Both the position numbers and the translations under genes were made by a program. The notes beneath the pieces are model-generated. The model saw nothing but the letters and a program-made list of their open reading frames with translations, did no database searches and was not told the DNA's origin. Positions 57,619 through 64,000 of a stretch of DNA of 64,000 bases are shown here, piece after piece. The stretch spans positions 181,964 to 245,963 of the IMG/VR virus record IMGVR_UViG_3300005941_000003. One strand, written 5' to 3'. The first letter of the stretch is position 1. Each line of letters opens with the position of its first letter.

Positions 57619-58134
57619 ATGGACGATTATGTATTAGAAATACCATCATTGAAGTATGACAAAGAACGAATTTTTGAATATCAACATAAATTAAATTGGC
57701 AACCAAACCCTCTTTATTCTAGAAGCGGAGTTGATACAAGTAAAATGAATTATTTTGATGTATACTTAGAAGACAAGGACGAAGTTTCTATATTCACTGA
57801 TATCTTAGACCAACTCTCACCAGAAATACGAGACATAAAACAATTCAAATACAATAAACTTCTCGCTGGCGGCGAAATGCCATTCCACAAAGACATATTT
57901 AGAAATGTAGTTCTGATGTTTCCACTCACAGATTATCCTGCGGATATAATATTCATAGATAAAAATAAGAATGAAATTGCACGACACACATATAGATGTC
58001 CCACTATTATAAATGCCAAAATCCGTCATGGAGTCCCGGACGTAAAAAAAGATAGGTATTTCCTTCAATTGAACATACCATATACGTGGGATGAAGTACT
58101 TTCAAACTACCATGACATTTTTTTAACTTCTTAA
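57619..58134 (+). CDS. 2OG-Fe(II) oxygenase/cupin-like protein
   Basis: HxD (FHKD), distal HGV and R. Confidence 0.6.
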   Translation: MDDYVLEIPSLKYDKERIFEYQHKLNWQPNPLYSRSGVDTSKMNYFDVYLEDKDEVSIFTDILDQLSPEIRDIKQFKYNKLLAGGEMPFHKDIFRNVVLMFPLTDYPADIIFIDKNKNEIARHTYRCPTIINAKIRHGVPDVKKDRYFLQLNIPYTWDEVLSNYHDIFLTS

Positions 58135-58328
58135 AATGTCAGTTTTTCACCAAAGATGTAAGGTTTTTTATTTTCTATTATAACCCATACATAGAGCAAT
58201 GATGCTACTAAAACTGACAAAACAATCAAGAATGGTAAAATAATTAGTGCTATAGCAAATATGGAAATTAGCAACGCTATCGCAGTAGCGATCAAAATTG
58301 ATCGAATTATATAATTATGTATTTTCAT
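58131..58328 (-). CDS. Small membrane protein
   Basis: Long hydrophobic stretch. Confidence 0.5.
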   Translation of the reverse strand: MKIHNYIIRSILIATAIALLISIFAIALIILPFLIVLSVLVASLLYVWVIIENKKPYIFGEKLTF

Positions 58329-58605
58329 TTTTTAAACTCTCCACCCATTTGTCATAACCAATTTCAAATGGTTCGATAGGAAATGCTAAAGTCCAAGTCT
58401 GCTGTGCTTCAATGGGTTCGGCGTACTGCATGTGTAGCAACACGATACCCCGCTTTGGTTTCCATTCGAATTCTACAGGATCAATGTCACTTTTATAACC
58501 TTCAGGTGTGCTACAAATTTTACGCGCAATCTGAATAAGTTCTTTTTGTTTGAACTTAGGCTTGTATGCTTGTTGTGGGAATTTTGTTTTATAGGGTCCG
58601 GTCAT
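58315..58605 (-). CDS. Hypothetical protein
   Basis: 96-aa ORF overlapping neighbours. Confidence 0.55.
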   Translation of the reverse strand: MTGPYKTKFPQQAYKPKFKQKELIQIARKICSTPEGYKSDIDPVEFEWKPKRGIVLLHMQYAEPIEAQQTWTLAFPIEPFEIGYDKWVESLKNENT

Positions 58606-60136
58606 CTTCTAATAATTTTCTCTTATAAGTGTTGACTAAAGTTGATTCTACCATGTCTTTTTCTAATAGGTATGTAGACAGGTCATCGAATTCTTTCCTT
58701 GACATTTTTAGTAAGTCATCGTATTCTAAATTTGGTTTATAAACTTTAACCAGTGGCCATAATCTATGCAAGTTAAATCCGCCCTGAATTGCTCGGTTAC
58801 TGCGCTTCACCGCTTCTATGTATCTTGCATATAGTTGCAGAGTTTCCTGTCTAGATTTCACAGGACCGATGTGATTATGCCATTCAAGCGGGTCATCTTT
58901 CCAATAAAATCCATACTTTTCGGATTCTAATTGATATTTACTCACATTTGGATATTGTTCCGGTATTATTAGTGTTTTGGGATCTTGTATTATCAGTGGA
59001 TGTGGGACAACTTGATTTACTAAATTGTTTTCGTCTAAAATCCATTTTAGTGTTTCTTCGTGTGATTCGTAGGTTTCATGTGGTAAACCAATAAGTAATG
59101 TGATGGCTACTTTAACTTTGTCCTTCCAATCTACTGATGTGAGCCTATGAAGTAGCTCTTTTACTTTATCTGGGTGAATGCCCTTACCAATTTCTTTTGC
59201 CGCTTGATAGTGAAATGTTTCTACTCCAAAAAATGTAGACGTTAACCCCATTTCCTGTAACTGTTGAATTTGATCTTGGTGTGCGTTCAACAAGTCAAGT
59301 CTCAAAAATGCAGAAAAGTTCATTTTAAATGGCAATGAAGAAAAAGTTTTGTACAATTCATCTAGTTTGTATTGGCTATCGTTGAAAGTATCATCCACAA
59401 AGATGTACTTATCCATGCCATACTTTTCGTAATTTTCTATTAACTCATCCCGTAACAGCGATTGATCTTTTATGTAATCTAACTTCTTCTTACCTTTAAG
59501 CGCAAAACTACAAAATTTACAATTGAATATGCAACCTCTGCCTATTTCTAGTATGGGAACTTCATTTTTCAATATGTAGTCATGTTCCACATATGAAGTT
59601 TTACTTTTTGAGAAAAAACTCTGTTCACCCACTACATTATTATAAATTGAAGTATTTCTAACAATACTATTTTCTAACGGTTTCGGCGTATTATTGAACA
59701 CGTGTTCTAGATATTTTTTAGAATCACTTTCTGAAAAGCCTTCGAAAATGGCATCAACTTTGGGGAAGTTTTCTCTCAGAAAAATTCTCACACTAGGACC
59801 ACCAGCTATGACTTTTATGTTTGGGTTTATATTTTTTGAAAATTCAATTATTAGTTTTGAAATTTTAGAAAGCTGTTGCAAGATATGGTTTGGATAAAAT
59901 TCCCAATATGCTGCGCCAATCCCAACAACTTTGGTATCAGATGAAACATATTTTTTGATTGCTCTCTCTAATTCTTCATGGCTCATATTGTATATGTAAT
60001 CAATTACTTGAGTTGAAAAACCTATAGAACGAAAATGTGAGGCTATACTATAAGATCCCCAACTGCGAGATCCCAGCCCATTCATATCAACTCTACTTTC
60101 CGAGAATATAACAATATCTGACATTTTTGAATTCAT
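58589..60136 (-). CDS. Cobalamin (B12)-binding radical SAM protein
   Basis: N-terminal B12-binding-like region (IAGGP), RGCIFNCKFC, VDDTFN, GVET, IGLPHET. Confidence 0.88.
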   Translation of the reverse strand: MNSKMSDIVIFSESRVDMNGLGSRSWGSYSIASHFRSIGFSTQVIDYIYNMSHEELERAIKKYVSSDTKVVGIGAAYWEFYPNHILQQLSKISKLIIEFSKNINPNIKVIAGGPSVRIFLRENFPKVDAIFEGFSESDSKKYLEHVFNNTPKPLENSIVRNTSIYNNVVGEQSFFSKSKTSYVEHDYILKNEVPILEIGRGCIFNCKFCSFALKGKKKLDYIKDQSLLRDELIENYEKYGMDKYIFVDDTFNDSQYKLDELYKTFSSLPFKMNFSAFLRLDLLNAHQDQIQQLQEMGLTSTFFGVETFHYQAAKEIGKGIHPDKVKELLHRLTSVDWKDKVKVAITLLIGLPHETYESHEETLKWILDENNLVNQVVPHPLIIQDPKTLIIPEQYPNVSKYQLESEKYGFYWKDDPLEWHNHIGPVKSRQETLQLYARYIEAVKRSNRAIQGGFNLHRLWPLVKVYKPNLEYDDLLKMSRKEFDDLSTYLLEKDMVESTLVNTYKRKLLEDDRTL

Positions 60137-60161
60137 ATTGATATTTAGCTACTGCCAAATA

Positions 60162-61244
60162 TCATTCCCAGCACCATGGCATTAAATTTTTACTATTCAA
60201 GTTTCGTTTGGCGTCCAATGTTTCTAGATAGTTTTTTAATTTTTTATTTAGAGTATCATCGTACTCGTGGTGGTTTTCTATGTAGTAATCTATGTTTTTA
60301 ACACCTATAGGCTTCAAATTTTTTAGTGCATTAAAGCCTAGATAATTTGGATTATGTAAAATGTTATTTCTGCGTCTTATATGATTTTGTTTACAAAACT
60401 CTATGATTTCATTATGTTGATATAGATTTAACGCACTCCAAGTTATATTAAACGCTAGATTCCAATTGTTCTCTTTTATAATGTCAACATTTTTTAAATA
60501 TTGATCCCAATCGGTTGGGTATCTTATGTAGTTTGCTAACTCACCTACACCATCTAAACTTAACATTATTGATATTTTTCGGAAACGCTTTAACAATTCT
60601 ATCCATTTGTTGTTCAACCCGTTCCCATTGCTGACGAATATTAATTCAGTATTTTCAGTATTCCATACATTAGCCGAAAGTCGTTCTATGAAATCAAACG
60701 TATTCTTGCTATAAAATGGTTCACCGCCCAATAGGTTTATCTCAATTGCGGTGTTTCTGCATTCATTTAATATGTCGTCAATGTCTGATGTTTTTCGGGT
60801 AAAATGTTCTACAATATTTGTATCATTGAATTGGTTGTAAATGTCTAAATCTTCGTTCCATTTACTGCTGTTACTAGGGTTACACATTATACATTTTAGA
60901 TTACAAACGTTATCAAACCGTAGATCCCATACTAATTTTTTGGTTTCAAAGTGGTTTATATGTCTGTACCACATGCTCTGCCTGTAGCTGCGTTCTCCGG
61001 CGCTTTCGTCTAGTTTACAAATCGTACAGGTGGAAGGCCAACGCTTTTCTAGAAAAGCATTTTGGGTTTCTTCTATAATTTTATGATTTTTTAATTCTTT
61101 ATAGGTATCAACATACTCTGGTGGGGTAACAGTTGACATGCAACAAGGCTTAACAGAGTAACCTTTTGGGTCTTTTACTACGTATTGGTTGATAAAAGGC
61201 AGAGAACATCCGTAGTGTTCTTGCAACTGTTTTAAATCTTTCAT
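60162..61244 (-). CDS. Radical SAM protein with N-terminal twitch-like domain
   Basis: CSLPF..PCC, CTIC, CNLKCIMC, LGGEP; true start ATG 61244 (the track's extension runs through tRNA-Glu). Confidence 0.88.
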   Translation of the reverse strand: MKDLKQLQEHYGCSLPFINQYVVKDPKGYSVKPCCMSTVTPPEYVDTYKELKNHKIIEETQNAFLEKRWPSTCTICKLDESAGERSYRQSMWYRHINHFETKKLVWDLRFDNVCNLKCIMCNPSNSSKWNEDLDIYNQFNDTNIVEHFTRKTSDIDDILNECRNTAIEINLLGGEPFYSKNTFDFIERLSANVWNTENTELIFVSNGNGLNNKWIELLKRFRKISIMLSLDGVGELANYIRYPTDWDQYLKNVDIIKENNWNLAFNITWSALNLYQHNEIIEFCKQNHIRRRNNILHNPNYLGFNALKNLKPIGVKNIDYYIENHHEYDDTLNKKLKNYLETLDAKRNLNSKNLMPWCWE

Positions 61245-61282
61245 GATGATATATCTTTCATGATGATATTTAGTATAATGAT

Positions 61283-61357
61283 TGGTAGCCCGTAGGGGAA
61301 TCGAACCCCTCTTTCTAGGTTGAAAACCTAGCGTCCTAACCGATAGACGAACGGGCC
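61283..61357 (-). tRNA. tRNA-Glu(TTC)
   Basis: Cloverleaf, CTAGG-TTTTCAA-CCTAG, GTTCGA, encoded CCA. Confidence 0.93.
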
Positions 61358-61429
61358 ATAAAAGATATACTATAACTGTTATCACTTTCCACAAACGGTA
61401 CCGGTATTTGTCATAGTATATCTTATTAA

Positions 61430-61504
61430 TGGCGGACTGTACGGGAATCGAACCCGTCTCCCTCGCGTGACAGGCGAGAATTCTAACCGATAAACCAACA
61501 GTCC
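61430..61504 (-). tRNA. tRNA-Asp(GTC)
   Basis: CTCGC-CTGTCAC-GCGAG, G73, CCA. Confidence 0.93.
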
Positions 61505-61513
61505 TTTATTTAA

Positions 61514-61540
61514 TGCTCTAACCAACTGAGCTACAACCGC
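61514..61540 (-). pseudogene. Orphan tRNA 5' fragment (acceptor strand and D-arm)
   Basis: GCGGTTGTAGCTCAGTTGGTTAGAGCA then abrupt AT-rich sequence. Confidence 0.7.
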
Positions 61541-61549
61541 AATTAAAAA

Positions 61550-61626
<77 letters not shown>

Positions 61627-61766
61627 GTGTTTAAAAATTTAGAATGTCTTGGGAAGTTTCGGTGATACGCACTTCATACTCTAAGTAAGGTTACGTCACA
61701 TAAATGTAGTTTAAATGTTAGTCTCTCCTAACAGTCACGCCGTCAACTGACGTTTGGAAACTTTAA

Positions 61767-62027
61767 TTATACACGCTTTGCTGTATATTGGAACACACCA
61801 TAATTTAATGGCGCGCCGAATTTCTTTCTTGCTTTCGCAAGTGCTGCTTCTTCGTTTGCTTCAATAACTGAACCTAGATTTTCAACACCAGCAGTGATGT
61901 TAAATGTAAACATTGGCGCAGCCTCTGCTTCGACAGTTTTTGTAATTGTTTTTTTACGTGTAGATACGTTTTTAGTAGGAGCCGCTTTCGCCGACACTCT
62001 TTTTGCTAAACCTGTACGCTTGATCAT
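61767..62027 (-). CDS. Small basic hypothetical protein (86 aa)
   Basis: ATG 62027, GGGAGA RBS, late-promoter motif at 62056; K/R-rich N-terminus. Confidence 0.65.
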   Translation of the reverse strand: MIKRTGLAKRVSAKAAPTKNVSTRKKTITKTVEAEAAPMFTFNITAGVENLGSVIEANEEAALAKARKKFGAPLNYGVFQYTAKRV

Positions 62028-62081
62028 GACTTTCTCCCATAAAGAACTTATACGGTATTTATCTGATTTGAGAAAGTGAAA

Positions 62082-62157
62082 TGGTGGGAGATAAGAGACT
62101 CGAACTCCTGACATTCTCGGTGTAAACGAGACGCTCTACCAACTGAGCTAATCTCCC
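62082..62157 (-). tRNA. tRNA-Val(TAC)
   Basis: TCTCG-TTTACAC-CGAGA, CCA. Confidence 0.93.
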
Positions 62158-62235
62158 TAAAGCAGTGACTTTTGTGATTGTTTCAACGGGAAGTATGTTA
62201 CCCGAATGGCATAGTCAAATCATATGCTAGGAATT

Positions 62236-62310
62236 TGGAGCGGGCGATGAGATTCGAACTCACGACCCTCACCTTGGCAAGGTGACGCTCTACCACTGAG
62301 CTACGCCCGC
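62236..62310 (-). tRNA. tRNA-Gly(GCC)
   Basis: TCACC-TTGCCAA-GGTGA, U73, CCA. Confidence 0.95.
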
Positions 62311-62327
62311 TTATACGTTTATTTATA

Positions 62328-63068
62328 CTATTCTTTCTTTTTAATCAATGATATGATCATTCCTGCTAAATCTGGGAAAGGATAGGTTGCCAAATACGGT
62401 TTTTCGTGATGAATTGCATGATAACCATCGCCTCCTGCAATAAATGCAAGTAATATGTTGTCTTTCGGTCCATTTTCATTGTGTAAAAGAGAATTCACTA
62501 GTGAACCCATACTTAACGCAAGAAACGGAGGGAAAAAGTATAAAGCATAAAGCAACTTAGGATCAATCAATGAAACTATTGCAATATGAAAAAGTATAAT
62601 ATATACATAGTATGTATGAAAGAATACTATACCTTTTTCTGATTTAAGTTTTTCAGATTCTTCGGAGATAGCCACACCCTGTGGGTAATCAAACCATGAT
62701 ATAAAAAATACTTTTAAAATACCTTTATACGTTGGTGAATGTGGATCATATTGTGTATCTGAGTATTTGTGATGCGCTAGATGCATTCTTCTCCACTCTA
62801 ATACACTACCGATAGATAATACTGTTGTTAAGTAACATAAAACATAGTGCCAAAAGATGTTTAGTTTAAAACTTCTATGGCTGAAATATCTATGGTGACC
62901 TACAATTTGACCAATTATAGCTAACACATAGCCGACTAAAAGACTGTATACCCATTGTTCTAATGTTAAAAAATAAAAAGAAAATGGTAAACTTAGTACC
63001 ATAGCATATTGAAACCAGCCATGTCTAGTATATGTAGTTTCTTTTGTGAACGGCAAGCGATACTTCAT
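62328..63068 (-). CDS. Membrane fatty-acid desaturase (delta-9-like)
   Basis: His boxes HHRYFSH, HLAHH, HAIHH; DPHSP; TM helices. Confidence 0.9.
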   Translation of the reverse strand: MKYRLPFTKETTYTRHGWFQYAMVLSLPFSFYFLTLEQWVYSLLVGYVLAIIGQIVGHHRYFSHRSFKLNIFWHYVLCYLTTVLSIGSVLEWRRMHLAHHKYSDTQYDPHSPTYKGILKVFFISWFDYPQGVAISEESEKLKSEKGIVFFHTYYVYIILFHIAIVSLIDPKLLYALYFFPPFLALSMGSLVNSLLHNENGPKDNILLAFIAGGDGYHAIHHEKPYLATYPFPDLAGMIISLIKKKE

Positions 63069-63087
63069 ACAATTTCCAGTATATGTT

Positions 63088-63161
63088 TGGTGGAGAATAC
63101 GAGAATCGAACTCGTGATTCTAGAATGCAAATCTAGCGTGATCCCGCTTCACCAATTCCCC
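63088..63161 (-). tRNA. tRNA-Ala(TGC)
   Basis: CTAGA-TTTGCAT-TCTAG, G3:U70 pair, CCA. Confidence 0.9.
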
Positions 63162-63261
63162 ACTTTTCTGAAATTTGCCTTTCTATTAAAGGCGTAACTT
63201 CATTTTTATATTTACTGTGAACCATTTCATGATGATTTGGACACAGAGGTATTAAATTTTT
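63162..63261 (-). pseudogene. C-terminal remnant of an HNH endonuclease gene
   Basis: Spacer translates to KNLIPLCPNHHEMVHSKYKNEVTPLIERQISEK with no start codon for the N-terminal part. Confidence 0.7.
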
Positions 63262-63346
63262 TGGTGCGGATAGAGGGACTTGAACCCCCACGAGTTACCC
63301 CGCTAGAACCTAAATCTAGTGCGTCTACCAATTTCGCCATATCCGC
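63262..63346 (-). tRNA. tRNA-Leu(TAG)
   Basis: CTAGA-TTTAGGT-TCTAG, long variable arm, CCA. Confidence 0.95.
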
Positions 63347-63356
63347 ATAAGAAGAA

Positions 63357-63474
63357 TGGTGCCCTCACACGGACTCGAACCGCGGACCTGATGATTACGA
63401 AAACACACCTTGTGAACCTATCGTTATCGCGTGTGCTTTCAAATCAACTGCTCTACCAACTGAGCTATAAGGGC
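63357..63474 (-). tRNA. tRNA-Thr (TGT or CGT) interrupted by a 42-nt hairpin in the anticodon loop (63399-63440)
   Basis: GCCCTTA acceptor, D-arm, GTTCGA T-arm and ACCA intact; removing the insert restores GTTGA-TTTGTAA-TCATC. Confidence 0.85.
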
Positions 63475-63543
63475 ATTATCTTCGTATATAATTATTTAGC
63501 ATTTAGAACGAAAAGTTGTTCCTAATACGCTAAAATTTAAATT

Positions 63544-63736
63544 TTATCTATACGATCTACCTTTACCTATGTTTTTGTTTTTATAGGTTTCCGTCTGACT
63601 GTGACAATTTGGGCAAATTAATCGTAAGTTTTCAGGTGTATTGTTTTTGTGATTGCCATCAATATGATCGCATTCTAAAACGATTGGTTTACCCTGCCAT
63701 TCGCTTATACCACAACATTCACATGAATAACCTCGT
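63544..63736 (-). pseudogene. N-terminally truncated HNH endonuclease
   Basis: CECCG..W....LECDHIDGNHKNN.PENLRLICPNCHSQT; no credible start; fused to a tRNA 5' half. Confidence 0.8.
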
Positions 63737-63762
63737 TGCTCTACCAACTGAGCTATAAGGGC
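63737..63762 (-). repeat. 26-nt exact duplicate of the tRNA-Thr 5' half (other copy 63449-63474)
   Basis: GCCCTTATAGCTCAGTTGGTAGAGCA at both sites. Confidence 0.9.
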
Positions 63763-63767
63763 CAATT

Positions 63768-63857
63768 TGGCGGAGAGGGTGGGATTTGAACCCACGGTAG
63801 ACTTTCGCCTACGCCGGTTTTCAAGACCGGTGCAATCAACCACTCTGCCACCCCTCC
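63768..63857 (-). tRNA. tRNA-Ser(TGA)
   Basis: CCGGT-CTTGAAA-ACCGG, long variable arm, G73, CCA. Confidence 0.95.
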
Positions 63858-63862
63858 AATAT

Positions 63863-63938
63863 TGGCTCCCAGAGACGGGCTCGAACCGCCGACCCAATGA
63901 TTAACAGTCATTTGCTCTACCGACTGAGCTATCTGGGA
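63863..63938 (-). tRNA. tRNA-Asn(GTT)
   Basis: AATGA-CTGTTAA-TCATT, G73, CCA. Confidence 0.95.
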
Positions 63939-64000
63939 ATAAAAATTTGTCTATTGTTCACCAGGCAATAGACAAAAACGGCTTTGTATAGGTGACCCTC

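Noticed and set aside
61245-61394. N-terminal extension of the 410-aa radical SAM ORF
   Set aside because: It runs through tRNA-Glu; ATG 61244 gives a normal N-terminus
63763-63897. Full-length 117-aa HNH ORF starting at TTG 63897
   Set aside because: The start lies inside tRNA-Asn and the frame crosses tRNA-Ser; no RBS
63946-63976. 11-bp hairpin at the window end
   Set aside because: Context is truncated; cannot distinguish a terminator, processing stem or ncRNA

Overview
This window is a segment of a large T4-like/jumbo dsDNA phage genome, probably infecting an alphaproteobacterium (inferred from GANTC-containing early promoters and BacA/SbmA and COG3904-like genes). Left to right: (1) an accessory region with small early genes behind repeated sigma70-type promoters; (2) a ~20 kb plus-strand biosynthetic cluster (5.3-25 kb) with seven radical SAM enzymes, a NodU/CmcH carbamoyltransferase, a 938-aa tandem glycosyltransferase-like protein, two SAM-methyltransferase paralogs and two QueC-like ATPases; (3) thyA, DHFR, an HNH nuclease, MoxR/VWA, sbmA, PMM and RNase H; (4) metK plus a 7-deazaguanine locus (queE, folE, glycosyltransferase, FTR1-like, apt, QueD-like, DpdA/TGT-like) next to the sliding clamp, an NPPY methyltransferase and family B DNA polymerase; (5) late genes resembling capsid-internal proteins; (6) more radical SAM, oxygenase and desaturase genes and a minus-strand array of 10 tRNAs. 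The window holds 11 radical SAM genes in total. The most notable observations are the radical SAM cluster of unknown product, a tRNA-Thr with a 42-nt hairpin inserted in its anticodon, polymerase-like clamp-binding tails on the DNA-modification enzymes, a fixed-position GANTC site in early promoters, and HNH scars between tRNAs. All family calls come from motifs read by eye; no database searches were run.
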